Assembly: GCA_965249845.1 (NCBI GenBank)
Contig: CBDFNA010000002.1
Span: 78,417 to 142,416 of the forward strand
Length of the DNA: 64,000 nucleotides
Source of the DNA: Alphaproteobacteria bacterium
GTDB taxonomy: Bacteria; Pseudomonadota; Alphaproteobacteria; Bin65
Direction: 5' to 3'
Shown: positions 1-10,283 of the stretch, in pieces
How positions within the stretch are numbered: the stretch's first letter is position 1
Layout: each line of letters starts with the position of its first letter
The notes under the pieces: generated by a model
Told to the model about the DNA's origin: nothing
Databases searched by the model: none
The model's input: the letters and a program-made list of their open reading frames with translations, nothing else
Position numbers and translations under genes: made by a program

Positions 1-1560
1 GAAGACGAACGAACGCTGTCGCTGTTCGGCACCGGACAAATGCGGCTGCGGGGCAGCGGAGACAGCGAAGAAGCCCATTTGGACTGGACCTGCCCCCATG
101 GAGGATTTGACCTCGTTATTATGAACCCGCCCTTCACTCGGCCGACAAATCACCAGATTGCGGAAGTTCCAGTTCCTTCGTTTGCCGGTTTCGCCACGAC
201 AGACGACGAACAGCGACACATGTCGGCCCGCCTCAAGAATATCCGTAGTCCAGGCATGGCCGGTCACGGCAATGCCGGCCTCGCTTCCAACTTTATCGAT
301 CTCGCCCATGTTAAGGTCACGAGTCCCGGCGGCGTGCTGGCACTCGTTCTGCCTGCCGCTTTCCTGCAGGGCAAGGCATGGTCGGGGGCCCGTACCCTCC
401 TCGCCGCACATTACAAGGATATCACCATTGTCAGCATTGCCGCTGTCGGGACGACCGACTGTGCGTTTTCGGCTGATACCGGAATGGCGGAAGTTCTGCT
501 CATCGCGACCAGGAAGAGCAATGCAGAAAAGACGGCCGATACTGCGCTTTTTGTGAATCTCGTCCGCCGCCCACCATCCATTCTCGAAGCGGTAACGGTT
601 GCGAGGGCCGTTCAGCGGATTCCGGCCGACACATCTGCCGACAGGATCATTATCGGCAGCGAAGAAAGGGCCGGCTGTTATATTCGGGGGGCATTATCCG
701 ACACGGGCTGCGCTGGGCTGCGCCAAGCCGGGCTAGCGGTGGCCGCAACTGGATTGGCGCAGGGCGAATTGCGGCTGCCGCGACGGACTGACGCCGTACC
801 GCTTCCACTCGCCAAACTCTGCGCTCTGGGCAATCGGGGGCTTCTGCACAGAGATATCAACGGAACAGATGTCAACAGGGCGGGCCTCCCGCGCGGTCCG
901 TTCGACATAGCCGAAGTCCAACCGGGAGAAATTCCGACTTGGCCGGCGCTATGGTCTCACGATTCCCGACGGGAAACGCGAATGACCGTCCTCCCGGACA
1001 GCGCGGGGCAAGTCCGGCCAGGATGCGAAGCCCACGCCTCCGACGCATGGCAGAAAACGGCTTCGCACCTGCATTTCAGCTTGGACTTCCGCATCAACTC
1101 GCAGTCGTTGGCTGCATGTTTGAGTCCCGAACCGTCGATAGGAGGAAGGGCATGGCCGAATTTCATCTGCCGTGACCTCCGCTGGGAGATACCCCTCGTA
1201 CTTTGGGCCAATTCGACCTTGGGATTAATCTGCTTCTGGTGGATCGGCAGCCGCCAGCACCAGGGCCGGGCAATACTTACGATCTCGAAACTGCCTGCCC
1301 TCACTGCCCTGGACCCGCGGCAGTTCAATGCGGAACAGTTGGATCGAGCAAACGCAATCTTCGAGGCATTCCACGACCGCGAACTGCTGCCGGCCAACGA
1401 AGCTTGGCGTGATGAAGTGCGCCAAGCGCTGGACCAAGCCGTTCTGGTTGAACTCCTGGGGCTGCCGGAGGACATACTTGAGCCGCTGGCCTTGCTGCGC
1501 CGGCAATGGTGTGCGGAGCCGTCGGTCCATGGGGGAAAGCGAACCCGGCCGGACGGTTAG
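1..1560 (+). CDS. N6-adenine DNA methyltransferase, type II/IIG restriction-modification-like, 5'-truncated by window edge
   Basis: Frame is open from base 1. Catalytic motif DLVIMNPPF, followed by GGVLALVLP and FSADTGMAEVLL; long C-terminal TRD-like region. Confidence 0.75.
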   Translation, partial: EDERTLSLFGTGQMRLRGSGDSEEAHLDWTCPHGGFDLVIMNPPFTRPTNHQIAEVPVPSFAGFATTDDEQRHMSARLKNIRSPGMAGHGNAGLASNFIDLAHVKVTSPGGVLALVLPAAFLQGKAWSGARTLLAAHYKDITIVSIAAVGTTDCAFSADTGMAEVLLIATRKSNAEKTADTALFVNLVRRPPSILEAVTVARAVQRIPADTSADRIIIGSEERAGCYIRGALSDTGCAGLRQAGLAVAATGLAQGELRLPRRTDAVPLPLAKLCALGNRGLLHRDINGTDVNRAGLPRGPFDIAEVQPGEIPTWPALWSHDSRRETRMTVLPDSAGQVRPGCEAHASDAWQKTASHLHFSLDFRINSQSLAACLSPEPSIGGRAWPNFICRDLRWEIPLVLWANSTLGLICFWWIGSRQHQGRAILTISKLPALTALDPRQFNAEQLDRANAIFEAFHDRELLPANEAWRDEVRQALDQAVLVELLGLPEDILEPLALLRRQWCAEPSVHGGKRTRPDG

Positions 1561-1623
1561 CCATCCAGGTCGAGGAGAAGGCGCCGCGGTTTCAGGATAA
1601 CCGGTAACCGGCGGCGTCTCCGC

Positions 1624-3432
1624 CTACGCTCCGACATTCGCCCCATCGTCGATCAGGAACTGGACATCCTCCCGGCCCTTCCAATCGTCGGCGCGCAGCT
1701 TGCCGGCGAGATGGAGGCCGCCGCCGCTTGCGTTGAGCAGCGCATCGCCGAGCGGTTCGCCCAGGCTGCGGAAGGCGATGGCCTTCAGGCGCCCGCCCTG
1801 GGCGTCCGCCAGGAAACAGCGGACATGGTTTTCGCCGACGACATCGGCCTTGGCGATTCGCGCGCCGGTGAGCGCGAAACGCGGCTCCGGATTACCCGCG
1901 CCGAACGGCCCGACCCGCTCGATCTGTTCCTGTAGCGCGCGCGTTGCCGCCGCCGGCGTCAGCACGCCGTCGACGCTCAGGGTGCGGACCGCGCCGGCAG
2001 TCACCACCGCCGCCTCGACCCGCCCGGCCAGGAAGGTGTGCAGCGCCGTAACCGACTCGGCCTCGACGGTGAAGCCGGCCGCCATTTTATGGCCGCCGCC
2101 GTTGACCAGCAGGCCGGCCTGGCGCGCCGCGATGACGGCCGCACCCAGATCGACCCCGGCGATCGAGCGGCAGGAGCCCCTGCCGATCCCGTCCGCGATC
2201 CCGACCACGCAGGCCGGCCGGTTGGTCCGTTCGACGATGCGGGACGCGACGATGCCGATGACGCCGGCGTGCCAACCCGCCCCGGCGACGAGGATGAGCG
2301 GCAGGCCCTCTGCCGCCTGCGCCTCCGCTGTGTCCAATGCCGCGTCGAGCACGCCCTGTTCGATGGTCTTGCGCTCCTTGTTGAAGCGGTCGAGTTCTTC
2401 GGCCAGCCGCCGGGCCTCTGCCGGATTGTCCGTAGTCAGCAATCGCGCGCCGAGATCGGCCCGGCCAACCCGCCCGCCGGCATTGACCCGCGGCCCGAGC
2501 AGGAAGCCGGCATGATAGGCGCCCGGCGCGCTGGCCATCCGCGCCACATCGGCCAGCGCCGCCAGTCCGGTGTTGCGCCGCCGCGCCATGATCCTGAGAC
2601 CCTGGGCGACCAGCACGCGGTTGAGGCCCTGAAGCGGCACGACATCGCACACCGTCCCGAGCGCGACCAGATCGAGCAGCGCGATCAGGTCTGGCTCGGG
2701 CCGGTCTGCGAAACGGCCGCGCTCCCGCAGCGCGCGGTTCAGGGCGATGAGCAGCAGAAAGGTGACGCCGACCGCGGCCAATGTCTTGTGCGGGCTGTCC
2801 TCGTCCAGCCGGTTCGGGTTGACCACGGCCACTGCCGGCGGCAGCGCCGGCTCGGCGACATGATGGTCGAGGACGACCACGTCGAGCCCGGCCGCCTGCG
2901 CCGCCGCCAGGGGCTCGTGCGCGGAAATCCCGCAATCGACGGTGAGGACCAGGCGGATGCCTTCGCCGTGCAGGCGCAGCAGAGCATCGGTGTTGGGACC
3001 GTAGCCCTCGGCGATCCGGTCCGGCACATAAAGGCGCAGTGGCACGCCGAGGGCGGCGAAATAGCGGTGCAGGATGGCGGCCGAGGTCGCGCCGTCGACA
3101 TCGTAGTCGCCGAAAACCGCAATCGGCTCGTCGCCTTCCAGCGCCGCAACGATCCGGGCGACGGCGGCATCCATATCCTTCAGATGGGAAGGATCCGGCA
3201 ATGCCGTCTTGAGGCTGGGTTCGAGGAAATCCCCGGCGGTTTCCGGCGTCACCCCGCGGTTGGCCAGCAGCCGCCCGACGATTTCCGGAAGTCCGAGGCG
3301 CTGCGCCAGCGCCATGCCCATGCGTTCGTCCGCTTCCAGGCCGCCGGTCGTGCGCGCCTGCCAGCGCCGGCCGCCGAACGACCGCTCGACTCCCAGGATT
3401 GCGGGCAGGGTCGCGCCGTCAGGCATCCGCAT
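1624..3432 (-). CDS. recJ: Single-stranded-DNA exonuclease RecJ
   Basis: DYDVDG, DHH, GPRVNAGGR and GGH motifs; follows glpX in conserved order. Confidence 0.96.
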   Translation of the reverse strand: MRMPDGATLPAILGVERSFGGRRWQARTTGGLEADERMGMALAQRLGLPEIVGRLLANRGVTPETAGDFLEPSLKTALPDPSHLKDMDAAVARIVAALEGDEPIAVFGDYDVDGATSAAILHRYFAALGVPLRLYVPDRIAEGYGPNTDALLRLHGEGIRLVLTVDCGISAHEPLAAAQAAGLDVVVLDHHVAEPALPPAVAVVNPNRLDEDSPHKTLAAVGVTFLLLIALNRALRERGRFADRPEPDLIALLDLVALGTVCDVVPLQGLNRVLVAQGLRIMARRRNTGLAALADVARMASAPGAYHAGFLLGPRVNAGGRVGRADLGARLLTTDNPAEARRLAEELDRFNKERKTIEQGVLDAALDTAEAQAAEGLPLILVAGAGWHAGVIGIVASRIVERTNRPACVVGIADGIGRGSCRSIAGVDLGAAVIAARQAGLLVNGGGHKMAAGFTVEAESVTALHTFLAGRVEAAVVTAGAVRTLSVDGVLTPAAATRALQEQIERVGPFGAGNPEPRFALTGARIAKADVVGENHVRCFLADAQGGRLKAIAFRSLGEPLGDALLNASGGGLHLAGKLRADDWKGREDVQFLIDDGANVGA

Positions 3433-3449
3433 CGAATTTGGACATGGGG

Positions 3450-4427
3450 CTATAGATCCGGAGCCGCCTTGCGCTGGAAGTTGTGAGTCGCCTCGATAGT
3501 CCGGACAGTGCCGGATTTCGAGCGCATGACGATGGAATGGGTCGCGGCGCCCGCGCCCCAGCGGCGCACCCCGCGCACCATCGAGCCGTCGGTGACGCCG
3601 GTGGCGGCAAACATGACGTCGCCATGGGCCATGTCTTCCAGGCCATAGACCCGGTTCCGATCCTCGATCCCGGCAATGCGCGCCCGGCGCCGCTCGTCAT
3701 CGTTGCGGAACAGCAGCCGCCCCTGCATCTGGCCGCCGATGCAGCGCAGCGCCGCCGCCGCCAGAACCCCTTCCGGTGCGCCGCCGATGCCGAGGTAGAT
3801 ATCGGTGCCGCTGTCCGGCTTCGAGGTGGCGATGACGCCGCTGACATCGCCGTCGGAGATCAGCTTGATGCGCGCGCCGGATTCGCGGACCTTCGCGATC
3901 AGTTCGGCGTGGCGCGGCCGGTCCAGGACGCAGGCGACCAGATCCTGGACCTCGACGCCCTTGGCGCCCGCTAGCGCCTTCAGGTTGACCGCCGGTTCGG
4001 CGTCGATATCGATCAGATCGGCCGGCAGGCCGCCGCCGACCGCAATCTTGTCCATATAGACATCCGGCGCATGCAGGAACCCGCCCGCTTCCGCCATGGC
4101 GATGACGGCCAGCGCATTCTCGGTCCCCTTGGCGGTGATCGTCGTGCCTTCGAGCGGATCGAGTGCGATATCGACCTTGGGGCCGCCGGCGCCGACCTTC
4201 TCGCCGATGAACAGCATCGGCGCCTCGTCGCGCTCGCCCTCGCCGATCACGACGACACCGTCGATCGCCAACACGTTGAGCGCCTTGCGCATGGCGTCGA
4301 CCGCGGCCTGGTCGGCGGCTTTCTCGTCGCCGCGCCCCATCAGCCGGGATGCCGCCAGCGCCGCCGCCTCCGTCACGCGAACCGCCTCCAGCGCCAGGTT
4401 GCGTTCCAGCACGTTCCCTTCTGCCAT
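3450..4427 (-). CDS. glpX: Class II fructose-1,6-bisphosphatase
   Basis: VVIGEGERDEAPML, DPLEGT, DGDV, GAPEGVL motifs. Confidence 0.96.
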   Translation of the reverse strand: MAEGNVLERNLALEAVRVTEAAALAASRLMGRGDEKAADQAAVDAMRKALNVLAIDGVVVIGEGERDEAPMLFIGEKVGAGGPKVDIALDPLEGTTITAKGTENALAVIAMAEAGGFLHAPDVYMDKIAVGGGLPADLIDIDAEPAVNLKALAGAKGVEVQDLVACVLDRPRHAELIAKVRESGARIKLISDGDVSGVIATSKPDSGTDIYLGIGGAPEGVLAAAALRCIGGQMQGRLLFRNDDERRRARIAGIEDRNRVYGLEDMAHGDVMFAATGVTDGSMVRGVRRWGAGAATHSIVMRSKSGTVRTIEATHNFQRKAAPDL

Positions 4428-4453
4428 GTTCGCCACTTTTCCTTTGCCGATGT

Positions 4454-5746
4454 TCAGGAGTCTTCGATGCGGATCAGACAGGGTTCTTCCAGCACCGTCC
4501 CCAGCCCGCCGATCCGGACCAGCGCCCGATTCAGCGCCGCCTCACCGGTTTCGTGGGTCGTCAGGACGACCGGCACCGGATCGTTCGGCGCCCGGCCGCG
4601 CTGAAACACGTTCTCCAGCGATACCTGCTCATCGCGCAGCGCGGCGGCAATGTCGGCCATCACACCGGGCTGGTCGCGCACGTTCAGCCGGACATAGAAC
4701 GCGCCGCGCCGGGCTTCGGCGTCCGCCCGCTGCTGCGGCTTCAACGCCCCGGCCGGAATGCCGAAAGCCGGCAGCGCGCGGCCGCGCGCGATATCGACGA
4801 TATCGGCGACGACGGCAGAAGCGGTCGGCCCGGCCCCGGCGCCCCTTCCCTCATAGGTCGTATCGTCCGCCGCATCCGACTGCACCATGACGGCGTTGTA
4901 GACCCCATCGACCGCGCCAAGCGGCGAGCCGCGCCTGACCATGCAAGGCTCGACATGCTGTTCAATCCCGGTCTCCGTCAAGGCGCCGATGCCGAGCAGC
5001 TTGATGCGATAGTCGAGATCCCCGGCAAACTGGATGTCGACCGGCGTGACCTTGCGGATCCCGGTCGTGGAAACCCCGGCGAAATCGACCGTCACGCCGA
5101 AGGCGAGGCTGGTCAGAATGGCGAGCTTGTGGGCGGCGTCGATCCCGTCGACGTCGAAGCGGGGATCGGCTTCGGCATAGCCCAGTTCCTGCGCCTCTTC
5201 GAGGACTTCCTCGAACGGCCGGCCGCTGCGGCGCATGTCGGTCAGAATATAGTTGCAGGTGCCGTTCAGGATGCCGACGACCCGGCCGATCCGGTTGCCC
5301 GCCAGGCCCTCGCGCATCGCCTTGACGATGGGGATGCCGCCGGCCACCCCGGCTTCGAAGGAAAGGGCGACGCCGGCGGTATCGGCGATGGCCGCGAGCG
5401 CGGCGCCATGTTCGGCGATCAGCGCCTTGTTGGCGGTCACGACCGGTTTGCCGGCGGCAAGCGCGGCTTCGACGGCCAGCCGGGCCGGACCGTCGGACCC
5501 GCCGATCAATTCGACGAAAACGTCATATCCTTCGGCGCGGGCCATTGCGACCGGATCGTCGTACCAGGCCGCGCCCGACAGATCGGCTCCCCGGTTCCTG
5601 GCGCGGTCGCGCGCGCATACCGAAGCTACCGTCAAACGGCGGCCGGCCCGGGCGGCGATCAGGTCGCCGTTGCGGTGCAGCAGGTCCACAACGCCCGCGC
5701 CGACGGTACCGAGGCCGGCAACGGCAAGTTTGATCTCGTCGCTCAC
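4454..5746 (-). CDS. hom: Homoserine dehydrogenase with C-terminal ACT domain
   Basis: GLGTVG NAD-binding motif, VVTANK, EAGVAGGIP, GILNGTCNYIL, LGYAEADP; GTG start inferred at 5746. Confidence 0.95.
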   Translation of the reverse strand: MSDEIKLAVAGLGTVGAGVVDLLHRNGDLIAARAGRRLTVASVCARDRARNRGADLSGAAWYDDPVAMARAEGYDVFVELIGGSDGPARLAVEAALAAGKPVVTANKALIAEHGAALAAIADTAGVALSFEAGVAGGIPIVKAMREGLAGNRIGRVVGILNGTCNYILTDMRRSGRPFEEVLEEAQELGYAEADPRFDVDGIDAAHKLAILTSLAFGVTVDFAGVSTTGIRKVTPVDIQFAGDLDYRIKLLGIGALTETGIEQHVEPCMVRRGSPLGAVDGVYNAVMVQSDAADDTTYEGRGAGAGPTASAVVADIVDIARGRALPAFGIPAGALKPQQRADAEARRGAFYVRLNVRDQPGVMADIAAALRDEQVSLENVFQRGRAPNDPVPVVLTTHETGEAALNRALVRIGGLGTVLEEPCLIRIEDS

Positions 5747-5789
5747 TTCAATCCGTTCTCGCGGGACATCGTCTGGAAAACGCGGCCGG

Positions 5790-6986
5790 TCAGGTGGCGG
5801 CCGCATTGCCGGAAAGGAAAGCCTTGATGTTGCGGGTCGCCTGCCGGATGCGCTGGCGATTTTCGACCAGCGCCACCCGCAGATGACCCTCGCCATATTC
5901 GCCGAAACCGATGCCCGGCGATACCGCCACTTTTGCCTCGCTCAGCAGCAGTTTGGCAAATTCCATCGAGCCCTTGTTCGCAAAGCGCGGCGGCAGCGGA
6001 ACCCAGGCGAACATGGTGGCGGGCGGGCTCGGGACGTCCCAGCCGGCCGCCGCCAGCCCCTCGACCAGAACGTCGCGCCGCCTGCGATAAAGTTCCCGAA
6101 ACTCTGCGACACAGTCCTGCGGGCCGTTCAGCGCCGCCGTGGCCGCGACCTGGATCGGCGTGAAGGCGCCGTAGTCGACATAGGATTTCACATGGGCCAG
6201 CGCCTGGACCAGCCGCTCGTTGCCGACGGCAAAGCCGAGGCGCCAGCCCGGCATCGAATAGGTCTTGCTGAGGGACTGGAACTCGATGGCGATGTCCCGG
6301 GCGCCGGGCACCTCCAGAATCGACGGCGGCGGGTTGCCGTCGAAATAGATTTCCGCATAGGCGAGATCGGAGACGATGTAGAGATCGTTTCGCCGGCAGA
6401 AATCGACCACTTCCCGATAGAAATCGAGATCGACCACCTGTGCGGTCGGGTTGGACGGGAAGTTCAGGATGAGGGCGGTCGGCGGCGGCACCGAATGGCG
6501 CACCGCGCGCTCCAGTTCATGGAGATAATCGTGCGCCGGAGTCAGCGGCAAATGCCGGATCGAGGCGCCGGCAATCATGAAGGCGTAGCTGTGGATCGGA
6601 TATGTCGGGTTCGGCGCGATGATCACATCGCCCGGCGCCACGATGGCCTGGGCCAGATTGACGAAACCCTCCTTGGAGCCGAGGTTGACGACAACTTCCC
6701 GGTCCGGATCGACCGTCACATTGTGCCGTCGCTCGTAATAGGCCGAGATCGCCCGGCGCAGGCCGGGAATGCCGCGCGAGGTCGAATAGCGGTGCGTCCG
6801 CGGGTTGCGGACGGTTTCGATCAGCTTGTCGACGATATGGGCCGGCGTCGGGCTGTCCGGATTGCCCATGCCGAAGTCGATGATGTCCTCGCCCGCCGTG
6901 CGCGCCCGGTGCTTCATCGCATTCACCTCGGCGAACAGGTAGGGCGGCAGGCGCTTCAGGCGATAGAACGGCTCGGCGGATTGCAC
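5790..6986 (-). CDS. alaC: PLP-dependent class I/II aminotransferase (AlaC / LL-DAP aminotransferase-like)
   Basis: RLPPYLF...DFGMGNPD, NFPSNPT, DLAY, SLSKTYSMPGWRLG (PLP lysine). Substrate not determinable from sequence. Confidence 0.8.
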   Translation of the reverse strand: MQSAEPFYRLKRLPPYLFAEVNAMKHRARTAGEDIIDFGMGNPDSPTPAHIVDKLIETVRNPRTHRYSTSRGIPGLRRAISAYYERRHNVTVDPDREVVVNLGSKEGFVNLAQAIVAPGDVIIAPNPTYPIHSYAFMIAGASIRHLPLTPAHDYLHELERAVRHSVPPPTALILNFPSNPTAQVVDLDFYREVVDFCRRNDLYIVSDLAYAEIYFDGNPPPSILEVPGARDIAIEFQSLSKTYSMPGWRLGFAVGNERLVQALAHVKSYVDYGAFTPIQVAATAALNGPQDCVAEFRELYRRRRDVLVEGLAAAGWDVPSPPATMFAWVPLPPRFANKGSMEFAKLLLSEAKVAVSPGIGFGEYGEGHLRVALVENRQRIRQATRNIKAFLSGNAAAT

Positions 6987-7005
6987 CGTCTGGATTTCCC
7001 GTAGT

Positions 7006-7069
7006 GAAACCGGCCTGTACGGAAACCGGCCTGAATTGAAACTGACCTGAATTGAAACTGACCTGTGGC
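7006..7069. repeat. Four 16-bp tandem units (GAAAC[CG/TG][G/A]CCTGnnnn)
   Basis: gaaaccggcctgtacg / gaaaccggcctgaatt / gaaactgacctgaatt / gaaactgacctgtggc. Confidence 0.85.
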
Positions 7070-7085
7070 GGAACCGGCTGGCAGA

Positions 7086-7778
7086 CTATTGTTTCGGCGC
7101 GCGACCGCCGGACGTGTAGATGTCGACCCGCGATGCCGAACCGTCGCCCTTGCGGACGCGGATCTTGCCGTCGGGGACGCCCAGCGTCGCCAGGCCATTG
7201 GCCACGGCGCGCGCGCGGGCCAGCGCCGAGGCCGCAGATTCGCCCTTCGCGGCCCGGCCGATCAGCGTGAGGGTGCTCCCGAGCACGTTCTGAAGCTGCG
7301 CGACGCGCACGATCTTGCGGCCGCTGCCCGGCGGCAGGGAGGTGGCGTCATTTGCGAATGTCACGTTAGCGACGAAACCCGAGCGGACGATGCGCACGCC
7401 GTCGACTGTCCTGACCTTGGCGACGGTCTTCGCGCTGCCCGGCCGGAATATCTCGGCGCGGACGTCGCTCTCCGTGACCTTGTCGGGCGCCTTGCCGTAG
7501 CCGGCTCTGGGACCGCCGCCTTCGAGATAGCGGGCGTTGCGCCGGTCGGCGAACAGGCCCTCCTGGATCTGCATGCGCTGACGCTGCGTCGCCACGTCGG
7601 GTTTGCCGGGCACCGTCGCCAGCTTCGGGAACGGCTTGTCGGCGCCCGGAACGTCCTTCGCCTGTTCCGCGCTCGAACAGGCGGCCAGGGCAACCACCAC
7701 GGCGAGCAGGACCGGAGCCTTCAGCGCCACAGTCTTTATCCGGCGGCAAACGGACAAGTTCGGTTCGACGACGAACAT
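7086..7778 (-). CDS. Lipoprotein with C-terminal OmpA-like domain
   Basis: Hydrophobic stretch ending in lipobox LAAC; C-terminal VTF...L...IGRA...LARARAVA..L...GV pattern. Start uncertain. Confidence 0.65.
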   Translation of the reverse strand: MFVVEPNLSVCRRIKTVALKAPVLLAVVVALAACSSAEQAKDVPGADKPFPKLATVPGKPDVATQRQRMQIQEGLFADRRNARYLEGGGPRAGYGKAPDKVTESDVRAEIFRPGSAKTVAKVRTVDGVRIVRSGFVANVTFANDATSLPPGSGRKIVRVAQLQNVLGSTLTLIGRAAKGESAASALARARAVANGLATLGVPDGKIRVRKGDGSASRVDIYTSGGRAPKQ

Positions 7779-8085
7779 GATCGAAACTCCCAATGGAGGC
7801 CGTTCAGGCAACCGCCTGCGGGCCCGGCGGCAGGAACTGGTAGCACATCCTGCGGGCGGCGCGCCAATGACCAGAAACGCCGCCCGGCAGCCCAGGTTGT
7901 GCGGCAACCCGTCGCCGCGGGCCGGACAACCGGTCAACCTGCCAAAACCGACAGGAAGTATATCTTTCGGATATCGCCCGTTTTCCGGATGTCCCGGCAT
8001 CGGATCGACCCTTTTGTCTACGGGGCCGGATCGCTTGTTTGTGCGGCCGGACTTTATTTGCCAAGGGCCTGAAAGGACCCGCGCC

Positions 8086-9882
8086 ATGACCGAACCGCAT
8101 ACCGAAGCGACTCCCGATATGGCCGCCGCTGCCGAACAGTTCGCGTCCATCGCCGAACGCAGCCGGAAAATCGTGCAGGATTTCATGGCCTCGCAGCAGG
8201 AGGCCGGCCGGCCGGACCCGGATCCGCTGAATATCGGCAGCGCATTCATGGAGTTGACCGGCAAGATGATGGCCGACCCCGCCCGCATGTGGGAGATGCA
8301 GACCCGGTTCTGGTCCGACTACACCGAACTCTGGAGCGAAGCGGCGCAACGCATGGTCGGCGGCGGAACGCCGGCGCCGAAGATTGCGCCCGAGGCGGGC
8401 GACCGGCGTTTCAAGGACGCGGCCTGGACCGAAAACGCCGCCTTCGAATTCATCAAGCAGTCCTATCTGCTGGCCTCGCAGCATATCCAGAAATCGGTCG
8501 CGGAAACCGAAGGTCTCGACGATCACACCGCCCACAAGGTGGAATTCTTCACCAGACAATGGGTCGACGCGATGGCGCCGACCAATTTCGCGGCGACCAA
8601 TCCGGAAGTGCTGCGCGCGACGCTCGAATCCAAGGGCGAGAATCTGGTCAACGGGCTGAACAACCTGCTGACCGATCTGGAGCGCGGCAAAGGCAAGCTC
8701 GCCATCCGCATGACCGACGATTCGAAGTTCGCCGTCGGTGAGAATGTCGCCGCCTCGAAGGGCGCGGTCGTGTTCGAAAACGACCTGATGCAACTCATCC
8801 AGTATGCCCCGCTGACCGAGCAGGCCTACAAGACGCCGCTGCTGATCGTCCCGCCGTGGATCAACAAATTCTATATTCTCGACCTGCGCGAATCGAACTC
8901 CTTTATCCGCTGGGCGGTGTCGAAGGGCCATACGGTCTTCGTCGTGTCCTGGGTCAATCCCGATTCGGCGCTCGCGAGCAAGACCTTCGAGGATTATCTG
9001 ACCGAGGGCCCGCTGGCCGCGATGGACGCTATCGAACAGGCGACGGGGGAACGACAGGTCAACATGATCGGCTACTGCCTGGGCGGCACGCTGACGGCGT
9101 GCACGATGGCCCATCTGGCCAACGGCGGCCGGGCCGACCGGGTGAAGAGCGTCACCTATTTCACCACCCTGGTCGACTTCGAGAATGCCGGCGACCTGTG
9201 CGTCTTCATCGACGACGAGCAGCTGAAGGGCCTCGAGCAGCGGATGGCCCGGCACGGCTATCTCGAAGGCAAGGAGATGGCGAACACCTTCAACATGCTG
9301 CGCGCCAACGACCTGATCTGGTCCTTCGTCATCAACAACTATCTGCTCGGCAAGGACCCCTTCCCGTTCGATCTGCTCTACTGGAACTCGGACGCCACGC
9401 GCATGCCGGCGGCCATGCACATGTTCTATCTGCGCAACATGTATCAGCGGAACCTGCTGGTCGAACCGGGCGCCATCGACCTGCTCGGCACGCCGATCGA
9501 CCTCGGCGCGGTCGAGACGCCGACCTTCATCCTGTCGACCAAGGATGACCATATCGCGCCCTGGAAGGCGACCTATCCGGGGACGCAGCTCTATGGCGGG
9601 CCGGTGAAATTCTGCCTGTCCGGCTCCGGCCACATTGCCGGCGTGGTCAATCCGGAGGGCTCGGAGAAATACAGCTACTGGACCAACGCGCGAAACCCGG
9701 CGAGCCCGGACAAATGGTTCGACGGCGCCAGGCAACACGACGGCTCGTGGTGGCCGGAATGGCAACGCTGGGTCGCCCGGCGCGCCGGTGCGAAAGTGCC
9801 GGCGCGCGAACCGGGCGACGGTGCACTGCCGGTTTTCGAGCCGGCGCCCGGCCGCTACGTCAAGGTCCGGGCGACGGATTGA
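8086..9882 (+). CDS. phaC: Class I polyhydroxyalkanoate synthase
   Basis: DRRFKD, APTNF, PPWINKFYILDL, lipase box GYCLGG, LYWNSD, SGHIAG; RBS gaaagga upstream. Confidence 0.97.
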   Translation: MTEPHTEATPDMAAAAEQFASIAERSRKIVQDFMASQQEAGRPDPDPLNIGSAFMELTGKMMADPARMWEMQTRFWSDYTELWSEAAQRMVGGGTPAPKIAPEAGDRRFKDAAWTENAAFEFIKQSYLLASQHIQKSVAETEGLDDHTAHKVEFFTRQWVDAMAPTNFAATNPEVLRATLESKGENLVNGLNNLLTDLERGKGKLAIRMTDDSKFAVGENVAASKGAVVFENDLMQLIQYAPLTEQAYKTPLLIVPPWINKFYILDLRESNSFIRWAVSKGHTVFVVSWVNPDSALASKTFEDYLTEGPLAAMDAIEQATGERQVNMIGYCLGGTLTACTMAHLANGGRADRVKSVTYFTTLVDFENAGDLCVFIDDEQLKGLEQRMARHGYLEGKEMANTFNMLRANDLIWSFVINNYLLGKDPFPFDLLYWNSDATRMPAAMHMFYLRNMYQRNLLVEPGAIDLLGTPIDLGAVETPTFILSTKDDHIAPWKATYPGTQLYGGPVKFCLSGSGHIAGVVNPEGSEKYSYWTNARNPASPDKWFDGARQHDGSWWPEWQRWVARRAGAKVPAREPGDGALPVFEPAPGRYVKVRATD

Positions 9883-9932
9883 GGCAGATCGCCCGCGTCG
9901 AACGGCAGGCCTGTTCCCGATCGGAGGAAACC

Positions 9933-10236
9933 ATGAGCGAAATCAAGGCGGTACCGACCGTGATGATCGAAGACGACCGGGTGCGGGTGACCGAGTGGCG
10001 CTTCGCCCCCGGCGCGGCGACCGGCTATCATCGCCAACTCCATGAGTACGACTATGTCGTCGTGCCGATTACCACCGGAAAGCTGCGCCTGGTCGAGCCC
10101 GATGGCACGCGCGACGCCGAACTTACCGTTGGCAAGCCGTATAACCGGGGGCGCGGCGTCGCGCACGACGTGATCAACGCCAACGACTACGAGTTCGCGT
10201 TCATCGAGTCTCATCGAGTTGCTCGAAAACCCCTGA
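9933..10236 (+). pseudogene. Small cupin-domain protein with a frameshift near the 3' end
   Basis: RVTEWRF..G..TGYHR..HEYDYVVVP...G...HDV.N cupin pattern; RBS ggagg. A 10-bp duplication (tcatcgagtc/tcatcgagtt, 10201-10220) takes the natural TGA at 10234 out of frame. Confidence 0.7.
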
Positions 10237-10283
10237 CCGCCCCGGCCGACCGCTTGCCGTTCGGAATCGGCCGTCCGGCCCCG

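Noticed and set aside
7006-7069. 16-bp array as a mini-CRISPR
   Set aside because: The units are contiguous, with no spacers, and are too short.
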